A stretch of DNA of 64,000 nt from Mustelus asterias (taxonomy: Eukaryota). Both the position numbers and the translations under genes were made by a program. The notes beneath the pieces were generated by a model, which saw nothing but the letters and a program-made list of their open reading frames with translations, searched no databases and was not told the DNA's origin. The stretch is from contig NC_135801.1 in assembly GCF_964213995.1 (NCBI RefSeq), positions 30,628,001 through 30,692,000 on the forward strand, in the 5' to 3' direction. Within the stretch, counting starts at the first letter, position 1; each line of letters starts with the position of its first letter. Below, in pieces: positions 37,345 through 51,805 of this stretch.

Positions 37345-38514
37345 TTTTGACAAACCAGCTGGTTAAGGTTTAGATCCAACTCTACGGTTTTTCTGATAAA
37401 GATAGTAACCAACAGAGAATTTAGAAACCACACTCTTTCAAAGATGTGCTGATTTATCACTTGGGCTTCTTGGACAACCTTTCAAACATTTAAAAGAGCA
37501 GTTTTCATTTTGATAACTATGAACAAATCCATATCCTCGGAATTAATTTCTTCACTATCACCAGATATTTAAATAAAAAGGCTTAAAAATTGAAACCCAA
37601 GTGTGCAGCTACAATTCTTCCCCAAAATTATCTTTGAAGAAAATTGTAAAAGACCCTTGTTTAAAACAAGATATCGACTTTGAATATTTCCAGTCCCTTT
37701 CAGGTGCTTTGATACATGTAAACCAAGTCCATCATTTATAGCTAATTATCCACAAACGTTTCAGAACTTTAGAGAGAACTAAAAAAGAATTGTTGTGCAA
37801 AATAGAAGTTATTATATCTGATAGCTCCTCAGATACCCTGATAAGTTCAGGGAAACACAGAGATGATCTAAATTGAAGAACTTTAAAAGGAAGTTCACAA
37901 TCTGCTGTCTATTTGCCAACCCCTGACCTGTCTGAAATTTTGCGGAGAGCACAGGAGGGATCAGGCAGCACAGCCACCTTTGGACTTACGGAATACCTTA
38001 AGTGGTCAATTAACATCCAATTAAGGGCTTCATGCCATTGCCGCAGGTATTTTACCACCCCATACGGGAAGCCCAGCAGTTTTAGCTGTGCGGTCTAGTG
38101 TCGGGTAAGGATGGGGAAATCTCCTTTGGGTCCCCATCCCAAAGATAATCCAGTCTTCACTTGCCGCTTGAAGCGCAGCCCCTCCCACACCACAACCCTG
38201 GACTGATCTGTCAGTCCAGGCTCCTCAGTAATGGGGACTGCTTGCAGACCCACCTGTGGTTCCCAGTGGCTAATAATCCGATTGGCTGGCTGCTCTCAAT
38301 GGCAGGAGTCATTCCTCCTGAAAAATGGACAGAAGTCTGACCTTAAAATAGTCAACATTGCTCCTAGCGTCAAATGCAGGGCAGCTGTTGGGATTGTGGA
38401 TGGGCATCCCTCTATCCCTCCAACCTTTTAAGCAGAATGGGCAAGATCCACAGCAGTAACCAGCCCTTGGTTAGCATTCCATGGAACGATCATTGGAACA
38501 TTCATCTGCCTCTC

Positions 38515-39930
38515 ATTTGATTTGTATTATTGTCACATGTATTAACATACTGTAAAAAGCATTGTTTCTTGCGCGCTATACAGACAAAACATACTATTCA
38601 TAGAGGGGGAAACGAGAGAGTGCAGAATGTAGTGTTACAGTCATAGCTAGGTTGTAGAGAAAGATCAACCTAATGCAAGGCAAGTCCATTCAAAGGTCTG
38701 ACAACGGCAGGGAAGAAGCTGTTCTTGAGTTGCTTGGTACATGACCTCAGAGTTTTGTATCTTTTTCCCAAAGGAAGGTGGTGGAAGAGAGAATGTCCGG
38801 GGTGCATGGGGTCCTTAATTATGCTGGCTGCTTTGCCGAGACAGCAGGAGGTATAGACAGAGTCAATGGATGGAAGGCTGGTTTGCGTGATGGATTGGGC
38901 TACATTCACGACCTTTTGTAGTTCCTTGCGATCTTGGGCAGAGCAGGAGCCATATCAAGCTGTGATATAACCAGAAAGAATGCTTTCTATGGTGCATCTA
39001 TAAAAGTTGATGAGAGTCGTAGCTGACATGCCAAATTTCCTTAGTCTCCTGAGAAAGTAGAGGCGTTGATGGGCTTTCTTAACTATAGTGTCGGCATGGG
39101 GGGACCAGGACAGGTTGTTGGTGATCTGAAAACCTAAAAACTTGAAGCTCTTGACCCTTTCTACTTTGTCCCCATTGATGACAGGGGCATGTTCTCCTTT
39201 ACGCTTCCTGAAGTCGATGACAATCTCCTTCATTTTGTTGATATTGAGGGAGAGATTAACGTTGCCACACCAGTTCACCAGATTCTCTGTCTCATTCCTG
39301 TACTCTGTCTCGTCATTGTTTGAGATCCGACCCATTATGGTGGTGTTGTCAGCAAACTTGAAAATCGAATTGGAAGAGCATTTGGTCACACAGTCATAGG
39401 TGTACAAGGAGTGTAGTAGGGGGCTGAGAACATAGCCTTTGAGGGGCACCGGTGTTGAGGATGATCATGGAGGTGTTGTTGCCTATCCTTATTGATTGTG
39501 GTCTGCGAGTTAGGAAGTTCAGGATCCAGTCGCAGAGGGAGGTATCGAGGCCCAGACCACGGAGTTTGGAGATGAGTTTCGTGGGAATAATAGTGTTGAA
39601 GGCTGAGCTGTAATCATTAAATAGGAGTCTGATATAGGTGTCCTTGTTATCTAGGTGTTCCAGGGTTGAATGCAGGGCCAGGGAAATGGCATCTGCTGTG
39701 GACCTGTTGCAGTGGTAGGCAAACTGTAATGGATCCAGATAGTCCGGAAAGCTGGAATTGATTCATGCCATGACTGACCTTTTGAAGCACTTCATAATGA
39801 TGGCTGTCAGAGCCACCAGCCAATAGTTATTAAGGCACGCCGCTTGGTTTTTCTTAGGTACCGGGATGATGGTCGTCTTCTTGAAGCAGATAGGGACCTC
39901 AGATTGGTGTAAAGAGAGGCTGAAGATGTC
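38515..39930 (-). mobile_element. 5'-truncated Rex1/Babar-like LINE
   Basis: [13 protein letters not shown]...KFADNTTIMGRISNNDETEYR...IVIDFRK...KKAHQRLYFLRRLRKF...YRCTIESIL in ORFs 38955..39449 and 38670..38909; (CAAAT)n tail. Confidence 0.88.
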
Positions 39931-41102
39931 TGGCAATAGCTCGGGATGTTTGCAGACTTGTTATCACTGACCCATGACTGTCATTTAATGGTTCAACAAT
40001 TTACCTCTGCAAGTTTCAGCACTGCCTGTAAGTTCCCCGTCATCTTTTTTAACTTGCAATTCTTTTACTTTTATTCTCCTGTCAAATTTTAAAGTTTAAA
40101 TTTGAGGCCAGGTCATATACAGTATTATACAAATGAAATCCACTGACACTTTTTATTTTAAACTTAAAACGTTGTTGTATCCATTTCAAGCTCAGCGCAA
40201 GCTCATGAAAAAATATGAAGCAGGATTTAAAATCTGAATACACATTATATAGAACATGTGGTTGGCATCTTAGGAGTTATCTGCTTGAGGCCAATTTAAT
40301 CAGGTCATTGCAGTTCTGCTTTATTCTGACTACTGGTTTGACGCTCTTGAAAAGACCTCTTTAAAATGTGGCCTCACCTATAATGGGGACTCAAGATATA
40401 GGCCCTTTAGACCACATAATAGCAGGGTTCCAGTGTAGTTTACACAGGCATAGCTGATTCTCAAAAAAATTAAAACTTGCCCTTTGCTTTACTAACAGCC
40501 CCAATCGCAATTACTGGAGAAAAACCAAATGGATGAACAGCAGTAAGACCATGTAGCTCACTGTACAGATAAGACCAGGAATATTTCAGCTGCAGGGTAT
40601 GTTAGTAATCATGCTTTTATTGTTTGCACCTTTGGCATCAATACAATTTTAGTTTGCAATGGCACTGATATGACAAGAAGGACTTCTGTCATCAGGAAAT
40701 CAGTCATCAAGCAAATCTCCACAAAATCAAAGGCAGCAATCATATTTTAAATTTGTCACAGACTTTAACCAACCAGTGGCAGAATTGTACTATAAATGGT
40801 ATAGAATTTATAGCATAATACAATTATGAGTAAATTAGAGGACAATTCCCTTATGGAAAACCTGAAATGGGATTGAATTGTTCAATGCTTTCACACTGCT
40901 ATTAGGCCAGGAATAAGCTAACCAAGTCAGTAATTTGATGCAGCAACTGTTAACTGCAAATCTCTAAAATATAGCAAGATAAAGCCTTGTGCATTTGCAC
41001 AGATATTTTGAGGGAAAATAAGTCACAAAATCCTCTCCTCACAAATAGGTCCTAACAGAGTAAGAGAATTTAATTCCCACTATAAGATGGGATCAGCCCT
41101 AC

Positions 41103-41256
41103 CTTTTTCCAAAGCCTCTTGAGAATGAAGCAACTCCCAACTTTCTCTTGCAAGCTTAAAGTTCTCAAGTGCATCAATTGAGTTTGGCAGCTCAATCTTA
41201 TTGACAACAATGTGACGATTACGCCCTTTCCCAGAACATTCTTCATCATCGGAACT
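41103..41256 (-). CDS. INTS10: INTS10 coding exon (probably exon 10), 154 nt
   Basis: tag|AGT TCC GAT...GAA AAA G|gtaggg. SSDDEECSGKGRNRHIVVNKIELPNSIDALENFKLARESWELLHSQEALEK. Confidence 0.95.
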
Positions 41257-44204
41257 CTAAATTATAAAGTGAAATAAAGTTAGCGTCTTTAAAATTTAAA
41301 TGTTAAACAATTAATATTGCTTTATGAGTTATACTTTCCACCAATTTTCCCACTTCTGGATAAGTTAACACTTTCAATGGTCTCTTGTACCTTGCACAAG
41401 TGGTTGGTTCTCATGTGTGAGCCTCAACAACGAACATTTCCAGACTACTCAGCCATGAAAGACAAGGATTACCACAGCTCCTAATTCTCTGTCCTAAGAC
41501 AATATCCACACACACACTTCCAGCAGGGATTGCTAGATCTTACTTTCTCGAACGATCTACCAGATGTGGAGAGCACACATGAAGGAGCACTGAATGAGGC
41601 AGGAAGGTCATCAGGTAGACCCGCAGTTACCAATGCAAGTTCAGCCTTGCTCGACAGAGGGGAGTTTTTAAATTAATTAAAATTAAAATCAAAGAAAGGA
41701 TACCCAAATACAAGTTCTCCCAACTATCGAGTATTATTTAGATTGGGGTGTGGGGGTAGAACTTGTGATTATTAATCCATTGGAAGTGATCAACTGAAGA
41801 GAACGACTGCACCAGGCACCAGATAACAATTTGGGATGGAAAATGTAGCTGATTTTTCTCTCTCCTTCAGGTGGGCTATGGTTAATTGCAATGCCTACCA
41901 CTGCCCAAACAGAAATCAGCCAACTTGGAGGGTGCTGAACTTGAAGCTACCGTAGTGACATGGCTCAGCTACACATGGTCGTGCCCTGCTGTGTCACTGG
42001 GAAACCATTAGTATTTTCAAAATAATCATTCCATTTAATCACATTAATATAAAACCGCATTTACTGTCAGTAAACTGTCAGCACTGGCTCAGTTGGTAGC
42101 TGTCATGATGAGAGAGAAAGGAAAGGTTCAAAACAGAGTAACGCTTGGAGAAGAGAGAGGTTATGGGTGCTATGCTTGAGAAATCATAATAATCTTGAAA
42201 TGGGAGACTGATGGTAGCAGGCAAAGGGTTGAAGAGGAGGAACTGAATGATTGAGGGCTGAGGGAAAGATGATCAGCTGGTAGGCTTTATGAATGTGATA
42301 GATATATTCAATTCTGAAGGCGAGCAAAAATATGAACTAACAGATTACACAGCAGAGAGCCAGATTTGTCAATCATCTAGTGATTACCCGTTCACGGCCT
42401 GAGAATTTGAGGCCGTGGAAAAGGCCAACATCTGGGAGAAGGACATCAAACACAGAGGCAAAATTGCTGGGAAAAGGTTAATATAAATATAAATGCCATC
42501 ACAGATGGCAAACCACTGGAGGGAAGTCAGAAACTACCTGCACTTGAAAACACCCCTTAAATAGATTCCCTACAGCCACCATCTTGTTTGATAGTTCAAT
42601 CCCCAGAGCATCTAACAGGTCTGTTCAAATCAATATGATTTGCCCTCCATATACAGACAGTATATTTTCTATCTGCGAATGAACTACCTGACCTCACACT
42701 AAATGTATCAAGATGCTGATTTGAGTTGCAAACAGCTCATGGAAATTTCAGGCAGCTTCAGTTAGTCATCTGCACTGTTAACTTGTAAAGACTACGGAAT
42801 GCATTTGGAAAGCAGAGACTTTGCTTTTTCACAACCCAAACATTCATAAGTATGATTCTATTAACTCAAGCCATGCAGGCAGTATTCACACATCTACAAT
42901 GAATCTCCATCTACGTGCCTCATTAAAGCAAGCATTTGCTAGCTATGTCAATGTATAACTGCTCCTTTAGTTGATGGTCATCTAATCATAATTCTATTGC
43001 TGACTAGTTCTATATTGCAGCCATTTGATCGTGTGTGGAGGCAACAGCTAGATTCGACAGCCAAATACAAAACCACATTCACATAGCAATATATGACCAT
43101 GAAAGTTACGAAGTTGCTGTTCATCAGATGGTGTAAGAAACAGTCTCTGAATAAGCTACTTTAACTGAAATTGTGGACTTGAGGTTTTTGATATGCTATA
43201 TAATTCTGTAACTATTAGTAGCATCTATTTTGCTACTGTGTAATAATAACTTGTGAATAATTCACAAGTTTATTTCAGCCTTTACGATACAGTGTTTGTC
43301 ATTTATCGGAGAACTCAGAAGTGCATAGTGGACATCTCTGCAATTTCTGATGTACAAAAACTTGGTAAAAGGATCATCATTGATTCTGTTGCATACATGT
43401 AATAGGAAATTTATAGCCTAATACAAGATGCCTGAGTTGCAAAACAAATTATGCAAGCTACAGAGAGCATAAAATACCAGATCCTCCCAGTGGTCCAGAA
43501 GGTTGGTGTTGGTGTTTGGGGCGGGGGGGGGGATGGGCTATGCAGGTTAAAAATGGCATGAGATCACTAGTGATGTGTAGGTCAGTAGTAGTTGACCCCA
43601 CCCTTTAATTTAGCAGTGTAGTCAGGCCAGTTGAAGGATTCATAGTTGATGGCGATATTTGCAGCTGATGTAAATAGACTGCTAACTAGCACAGCGATCA
43701 AACAACTTTTTGTCAAATGAGAAAGGAGTCAATCAAGTATTATGTAGCTGTCAAGAGTTTTTTTTAGCTCCCAGGTCAGTGGACAAATTCAAAATAGCAA
43801 TAATATCCCATTTTAATCAGGCCACATAACCAAGAAATTGATTGATCACAGAGTTCTCCAATAACCCACTACTCTCAAACTGGCATCCAGTCCAGGTACA
43901 CAAAGTTCTGAGGTTCAACTTTGGCTCAAGTGAAATCATTTGGTCTTTCATCAGCACAAGTTCTTCATGAATTGTGCAGCTGATCTATGCCTGGGGCACT
44001 CATTATATTCACCCTAATTTAGACAACTGATTCTTAAGTACTTCATCACACAAGGCTTCATGTGATGTGGCCTGGTCGACAGTAAATTAGTATATAAGAA
44101 CTAATATTGTTGGATACCTTAGTGACAGAATCAACTTTGCACGATATTAAAGGATAGCAGATTAAGGATCGTTGCCTTCAATGTCAATCCGGAGTAAAAG
44201 TTCA

Positions 44205-44512
44205 AAGTTTTAAAGTTTATTTATTAGTGTCACAAGTAGGCTTACATTAACACTGTAATTAAGTTAGTTACTGTGAAAATTCCCAAGTCACCACACTCCA
44301 GCACCTGCTTTGGTACACTAAGGAGAATTTAGCATGGCCAATGCACCTAACCAGCACAGCTTTCAGACTGTGGGAGGAAACCCAAACACCTGGAGAAAAC
44401 CCATCCAGACACGGGGAGAACATTCGGATTCCACACAGATAGTGACCCAAACCAGGAATCGAACCCAGGTCCTTGGCGCTGTGAGGCAGCAATGTTAACC
44501 ACTGTGCCACCC
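44205..44512 (-). mobile_element. HE1-related SINE with variant tail
   Basis: Same subfamily as 986-1283. Confidence 0.85.
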
Positions 44513-45859
44513 ATAACAGAACGTGAGCCAAGAATGGGAAAAAGTCATTTGGATCTTGTACGTTCCTTTAGCACTGTAACTCTCCAAGGTAAGTGATCAT
44601 TTTGGATATCTTTAATATCTTTTCCTCTACTATTATGTTGGGCAAATCCAAGTACTTGAAATCAATATTAATAATAAACACATTTTAGTTGTAGAGTGCT
44701 CACATACTGTGATACTCAGGTAGAAGTGGACAGTGATAAATTCAACGACGAACAAGCTGCTTATAAGGCAGAAAACACACATGACCAAGGTGTCTTAAAC
44801 TGAAAGGTCTTCCATATAGCTGCAAAGCTTTAGTATGCGGAAATATTTAATCATAAGTCATCTTTTCTATTCAAGATAACTTTTGGTAATCTTCTCTATA
44901 ACCATTCCAATGTGCATATGTCTTTTTTGTAGTATAGTGAAGAGAATTTAGTGTATTAAATCAATCTGCACTCTGATCAGTATTTGTAAAGCCATAACAC
45001 ACCAAGGGATATGTTCCATAATCCTGAAAATATACCTCAACATCTATCAACATTATTTTGGGGGGGGGGGGGGGGGGAAGAAAAAATCACTTATGAATGT
45101 CTTGAGTATTATTTGGAAGAGTGGCTTGTCCAAGGAATACATAAATAAATTGAATAATGATTAAACTACATAACTACATACTGGTCTGACCACCAAAGCT
45201 GTTGTTTTGTGAAGCTAATTAAAATACTAGAATATCATTGCATTAACCAGATTTTCCCTGCCTGGAAGAAATAGTTTCCAACCAGCTTCTAGATCTTAAA
45301 GTGTATAATTAACCAGGAGAAAGTACTCTCATTGTCTAACTTCCCTCTTCCACAACAGTCATGTGTTATCCTGGATACTTTAAATCATGAAGGGTGTTCC
45401 AAGAATGTAATAAATTACATCAGACATCCTATATACAATAATAAGTTGAAGTGAGTTTGATGAGGGAAAGAGAGGCTGTAATAGTTTTGGTCATTTGAAA
45501 TAATTTAAATCTTACAATAGCACATGGAAAGCACAATTGGAAACAAAGCATTTACCTGAAAGGCAACAAAGTATGGGGTAGTTTGCGGTACTTTGATTTA
45601 CCTTGCTTGATGTTTCATGCAAGAATGGACCTTCAGCCTATGCACGAGGATATTCCCTATTGGTTCAAGTGATAGCAAATTCCTCAACTAAAATCAGAAA
45701 AATACTTCCGCGGACTACTGGAAAAACCTTTATAGGAATGTTCTCTTTTAACCAAAGTACAGTACAATCATATAGATGAACTGGAAGAAAGAAAACTTAC
45801 AAAAAGCAAAAAAAGACTAGCACAAAGATACAGGAACTACATTGAGAGAAAAGAGGTGG

Positions 45860-46385
45860 TAGCCATACTGGACAGAATCTTTCAGATGTGCACTGAAAAT
45901 GCAAACAGGAACTTAACCCCACTCCTGATGGCTGCCCAACAGCTAGTTAATGCTCTGTGGATTGTAAATTGGCTGGAGTTAAGTCTGGAGGTAACAAAGA
46001 TACAGAGGAGAGTTTCAGCAGGTGAGCTGAGCAAGGGCCGGATGGGTGTGGTTATGGAGGTGGAACCAGGCAGTCTTTGTAATGGGGAGGACATGAGATC
46101 AGAAACTGAGCTCAGCATCAAAGATGGTAGAAAAGTTTCAAACAGTTTGTTCAACATGAAACAGTAGCAGGAGAAGAGGATGGAATCAATAGCAAATTTG
46201 TGACGGGAGTAAAAGATGATGGCTTCAGATATGCTGGTGCTGGTGACAATGGCTTCACCCATCCCAGGGCTTACCTGCAAGAAATTGCAGCTCATCCATG
46301 ATTGGATATCAGCTAAACATGCCAATAACACAGAGGCAGTTCTGGAGTTGGGAGGGAAAGCGCTGGGTGTATACATGTGGAACCT
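45860..46385 (-). mobile_element. Decayed L2-clade LINE fragment
   Basis: LLACLADIQSWMSCNFLQ and LLCIFVTSRLNS in ORF 45882..46376 resemble L2 RT C-terminal motifs. Confidence 0.7.
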
Positions 46386-46584
46386 GTATATTAATAAGGG
46401 GATCAGGGGTTATGGGGAAAAGGCCAAGTGGCCTAATTCTCCTCTTATGTGAAAGCTGATCCATGGCTGCGGATGGTGTTTCCATGCATAATATTACAAA
46501 AGGTCTGACACCTAGTCATTTACAGTAGGCAAAAGAATAACTTTCCAAAAATAATGAAAAATTTAGGAGGTACAGATTACTCAC

Positions 46585-46721
46585 CAGTGTTTTTTCCCTT
46601 CCGTCTCCAAGTTTCCGTCTTTTATGAATGTGTTTACCCCTATCGATGTCCACGTCACCATAGGTATTTGACAAGTCATCCAACAAAATAAGAGGAACTT
46701 GGTTGTTGGAAGGGCTTGATG
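46585..46721 (-). CDS. INTS10: INTS10 coding exon (probably exon 9), 137 nt
   Basis: tag|CA TCA AGC...ACA CTG|gtgagt. (A)[45 protein letters not shown], including a basic KRRK patch. Confidence 0.94.
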
Positions 46722-47189
46722 CTAAAAATAAAATTCGTTTAAGCTATTAATCAATATGCATAAAAGAGCATTAGCATTAACAATAACATATATACATTAC
46801 AAAGTACTCTGCAGCAACTCAGCAAGGTTTCTTCAACTGCACCCGTCAAACCAATAATCTCTACCACCTAGGAGGAAAAGAGCAGCATGTGGGAACACCA
46901 CAGCCTGCAAGTTCCCTTCCATGTCACATCCCATCCTAATTTGTAATATATCACCAATTCTTCATCATCGCTGGATCTAAATCCTGAAACTCCCTGAACA
47001 GCACAAGGGGAATATCTGAGAGAGGTTAACAAATGCTTTCTGAGAGGGAAAAGACATTTTTGCTCACAAACAAAGAAAAAAGTCATCTTGCTTTGAGTAT
47101 TCAGAATTAATTCAGCAGTCCATCATAAACTGCTTTCATAAATGCTGAATGATAGCATCAATGTAAATCCGCCTAAAATGTGCCAATTA

Positions 47190-48000
47190 ATGCTAACATA
47201 GCTGGCTTACCTATGGAAAGTTGCTGAGGTATGTCCAGTCCACAGAAAATAGGTTCAATTACATAAATCCTACCAATTTGCATCTTATCAGCCTACACTC
47301 AGTTATCGGCAAAGTGAAGGCATCAACAACAATACTAAGCAGATCTTACCAATAACCTCCATTCTGATGCTCAGTTTGGATTCTGCCATGGCCACTCAGC
47401 TCAAGGCCACATTACAGCCTTTGACCAAACATGAACAAGAGCTGAATTCCAGAGGTGAGGTAAAATTGACTGCCCTTAACAACAAATAGCATTTGGCCAA
47501 GTGTTATATCAAGCAGCCCTAGCAAAATTGAAGTCAATGGGAATCACAGGTAAAACTGTCCACTGTTTGGAGTCAACACAAAGGAAGATGTTTGTGGACG
47601 TTGCAGGCCAATCATCACTACTCCAGAACATCGCTGCAGGAGTTCCTTTGGTAGTATCCTAGGCCCAACCATCTTCAGTTGCTTCAATGACAATCCCACC
47701 ATCATAATGTCAAAAGTGGGGAAGTTCACTGATGATTGCACAATGTTCAGTACCATTTATGACTCCCCAGATACTGAAACAGTCCTGTCCATATGCAGCA
47801 AGTCGTGGACAACATTTAGGCTTGGGCTGACAATTTCTGAATCCCCTCCTACCAACATCTTGGGGCTAGCATTGACCAGAAGCTCTGCACCATCCATGAC
47901 AAAGCAGCTCACTTGGTCATCACCCCAGCCAACATCTTAGAAATTCACTCCTTGCACCACTAGTGCACAGTGTCAGTAGTACATAGCATCTACAAGATGA
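47190..48000 (+). mobile_element. Decayed CR1/L2-group LINE RT fragment
   Basis: Remnants of GVP.GSILGPTIFSCF and KFTDDCTMF. Confidence 0.7.
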
Positions 48001-49437
48001 ACAAATAAACAATAAGTGTGGTCTGTAATGTAGACAAATGGAACATCCATGAAGTGAGGTCCCAATGAACTGGCCAGTTGGTTTGGTTCAGTGATGTTGG
48101 TTAAAGGGGAACTACTGACCAGATTAAAATTGAACAATGGTTAGATTGTTATAACACAGACAATAAAGGGAAGATTCATAAGAAATTTTATTGTAAAAGG
48201 TTCCGAAATTCCTTGAATGAGACTATGCTGGTGGAAGTATGGCAGGGTGATCCCTTCCAGTCTCCAGTTGTGCTCGTATTATCTCTTTCCCAAATCCTCA
48301 TAATAGGTTCAATTACATAAAAAACGAGCACTAGTACCATTTACAGTGCTCCCTGGGCATCCACTCCGTTGGGGTCAAAATTATCAGTGGCATCTCACAA
48401 TTCCACTGATGTGGATGGTGTGAAGAGGGTTGGGCACCTTGACTAACTTATGAAATCTCAATTTTAAAAACCTAAAATATTTCTGTCACTGCTTTTCTAA
48501 TGGTAACCAATCACTCTAGCATTAGTCATCCACTTCCTCATCTGCATAATATGCTTGCAGGATGCAAGGTACACCATTCTCTTGTCCTGAAAAAAGATGA
48601 AATTTCTGGTAGACAATCCATCACTCAACCACCTCTAACTCTTCTAACGATTGGTTTGGGTAGAGCATGGAGAATAGTGAGGAGAAAAGGTTGGAGTCCA
48701 ACCAGAACCAGATGCATGCGAACCTATCTCCCATCCATTCTCCTGTATGGCTCTCCCAGCCCTAGGAAGTTCAAAGTCAAAGAGCTTGAAATTTAGTTTC
48801 ATTAAAAAGTCAATTCTTCCACCACAGATCTATGTTTTTAAGCTAAATTGAGATCCGAAGTTTGGAATCTGTTACGTTTCAGCAATCCTGAACAATGAGA
48901 CTTTTCCTGTCAGCTGTACTTACTAAAATAAATTATGTAATTTTATTTTCTTCATGCTTGAATAAAATAGTGTTCAAGATTACATTTTTCTGTACTTTTA
49001 AGAATTTTTTGAATTCTGTGAAACTGATTAACTTACAAGAGACACTTCCGCAATAGGTCAATATAGTAACGTCTGGAAAGATGCAGGGATCTTCTAGTTT
49101 TGTTTCACACAGTTTTAAAACAATTACAACCTGCCAACAAAACACCAGTATATGGACTGCAGTGATTCAAGGCGGCGGCTTATCATCATCTTCTGAAGAG
49201 CAGTTACAAATGGGCAATAAATGCTGGCCTACCCAGCGATGCTCACATCCTGTGACATCATTTTTTAAAAAACATTTATTCTCTCTTTTGACCAATTACC
49301 AGCTTTCTTTATTTTCCTCCCTGCATTTTCATACAGGTGAAATGTTACTGTAAGATATGGGAATTCCTGTAGATACAAGAGCTGTAATTTTGATCTACTT
49401 GAGACAATATTATTTTCTTAAGAACCCCTTAACTAAC

Positions 49438-49607
49438 CTTGAAATAGAGATGGCTGGATACTGCCGACGTATTGGAATGCATTCTTGAAGAAAACCAGTA
49501 ATGTAGAATAAACAACTTGATGCTTATACTTCCTGTGGCCCTCATCATCAAAGTTGTTTATATATCTGCATAAATCTTTCATCCTATGCAGAATTTCACC
49601 ACAATTC
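49438..49607 (-). CDS. INTS10: INTS10 coding exon (probably exon 8), 170 nt
   Basis: cag|G AAT TGT...TTT CAA G|gttagt. NCGEILHRMKDLCRYINNFDDEGHRKYKHQVVYSTLLVFFKNAFQYVGSIQPSLFQ; also in ORF 49433..49687. Confidence 0.96.
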
Positions 49608-51040
49608 CTGAAAGATAAAATCGAAGAAAATCTGGAACTCAAGGATGATTGAAATACTTGGGAAAAAACACACAAAACAACCCTCAATATTACATTGAAC
49701 TGTGGATTTAAATCTCAGGCTGCAATATCTGTCACACCATTGATTTTTAATAAATGTATGTTTGTGTTACATCTACAAAAGTGAGCACAGAAAGAAAGCT
49801 GTGTAATAACAGTATTATGTATGGACTGATTCTGAATTAAAAGATCAATGTTTTCTCTACTTCTTTTGATCTTTACATCTATAGATGGCTACCCATGTCA
49901 ACGGAGTAGGAATCAGCTTCAACCCAACCAAAACTTTTTTTAAAGTCAAGAAGCTAAGGCATGGGAGAGCACTACTGTTCAATACATCACAAGGAAGAAA
50001 ATATGGATTAGTTAAAGCAGGTTATTGAAACTTGGAGGAAGGAAAGGCTGAAATGAGATAAGGAGTTCAATAGCTTTGAGCTTCGAGAATATGCTATGTG
50101 CTTTGAAAAAACAACGAGGGTTGTAAGGAGGATAAGCATGCAGATTGAAATGTTAATATGAGGAACAAGAAACAAAAGTTCAGAGGAGCAAGGAATATAG
50201 AAACAATGTCAAAATGTCAGGTTGTAAGCATTTCTTTTCAGCTAGCAGAATTTCCATAATGTACTAGTAAGAAATCGGATTTGAATTTCTACCTTGGTTA
50301 ATTCAAGATTATTTCAAAAATGTATTCATTCAGTGTCTTCAACTTTTATTAAGATAGGGCAACTTGACACCAAACAAAGGACAGTGGTGCAGCTAATAGG
50401 GAATAATTTGTTGCTTGATTCTAGAGTTTATTCAAACTTAATGTTAATAATAATAGTTAATATTAATTTACTCATTTTTGTCAAAAGGCCATTTTGCCAG
50501 TCCTATACCGATTGGAGCGGCCTTATCCCCACCTGGGATTAGGAGGATAGCTGACACTGATTGGAGGAAGGAGGCAAGTGAATAAAGGGAAACTGTTCCC
50601 AGGAGATCCTCTTTCATACATAGACAATAGAAGCAAGAGTATGTCATTTGACCCCCTTTTGAGCCTGCTCAACTGTTCATTATGATCATGGCTGATCAAA
50701 TTTAATACCCTGATCGCATCTTCACCCCCATATCTCTTTAGCCCCATATTATTCAAGTGTGCTTGCCCCAGAATAGCCTTAAAATATCTTTATGGAGAGG
50801 TCTATGCATTGGACAAGTCTACTTAAACAACGTTGGAAGACAGCCTAGAAATCAGTTATCTTATAAAACGACTAAAAGCTTTATATTAGATTATTTGAAA
50901 CAGTCTCCCCACCCATCAGCCCCACAGATAAAAGGTGAAAGAGTTCCCTCCTTTGATTATAATAGCCTGTAATTTGGGGTATTTTCTACAATGCTTATCC
51001 CAGGAAACAGTGGGCAGAAATGTTCAATCAGAATTCTAAC

Positions 51041-51212
51041 CTGTTTGATTTGTCCATCTGCCACTCACACCTCATTGCGACAATAGACATGATTTCAAAT
51101 AATCTGTCCCATGGTTCCATTATCAATGACGACTTCTCTGTCAACCCTTCTATGATATACTTCTGAGTGCTTCGCTTGGTGGGTGACTTTATATCAGCTG
51201 CGTCTTGGGAAC
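51041..51212 (-). CDS. INTS10: INTS10 coding exon (probably exon 7), 172 nt
   Basis: tag|GT TCC CAA...TCA AAC AG|gttag. (G)SQDAADIKSPTKRSTQKYIIEGLTEKSSLIMEPWDRLFEIMSIVAMRCEWQMDKSN(R). Confidence 0.95.
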
Positions 51213-51756
51213 CTAGCAGAAGATTGGAGCAAACTCATTTTTGTGTGTTAATTGGCTAAAACACAAACAGGGAAAATACAGCCTTTTCATCCACTGTGGA
51301 TCATTCTTTTAATTTCCTTAGTTTAATTCTGAAAAATCCATCCATTTAGAACTTACACGAGGATCCATTTAATATTTCAAAGTCAAATCATTTCCATCAA
51401 AACATTTCTGACAGGTTTCATTTACCAGGTAAAATTACAAAACTAATTTACTTTTCAAATTCCCAATTATAAACAGTCCCCAGAATTTGCCAATTCTGGT
51501 TGACCGCATGTCTCAAAATTAAAGGATATGTCCATTATATTAAGTACATACAAACATGACCGATGTGCTCCTTCTCCCCACTCAAAGTGTCTCCAAATAT
51601 AACAGTGATCAATAATTTTGCTGCATTACAGGTACCATTTAGTTGCCTAAGAAATACAACATCAGTTGAAAAGCAATATTAGGTTAAAAAGGGATGATGA
51701 AATCAAATTATCCCAGGGAGTAACAGGCACCAGGATTTCAAATAAGGAGGAACCTC

Positions 51757-51805
51757 TGAGTCAAGCAGTACTGTCAGTGAGTCAAGCAGTATTGTCAGTG
51801 AGTCA
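51757..51805. repeat. 21-bp tandem repeat containing three TGAGTCA (AP-1 consensus) sites
   Basis: TGAGTCAAGCAGTAYTGTCAG repeated twice, followed by TGAGTCA. Confidence 0.8.

Noticed and set aside
45060-45077. G18 homopolymer (and a G-rich run near 43518-43533) as a G-quadruplex
   Set aside because: Simple homopolymer with unreliable assembled length; it is C-rich on the transcribed sense strand.
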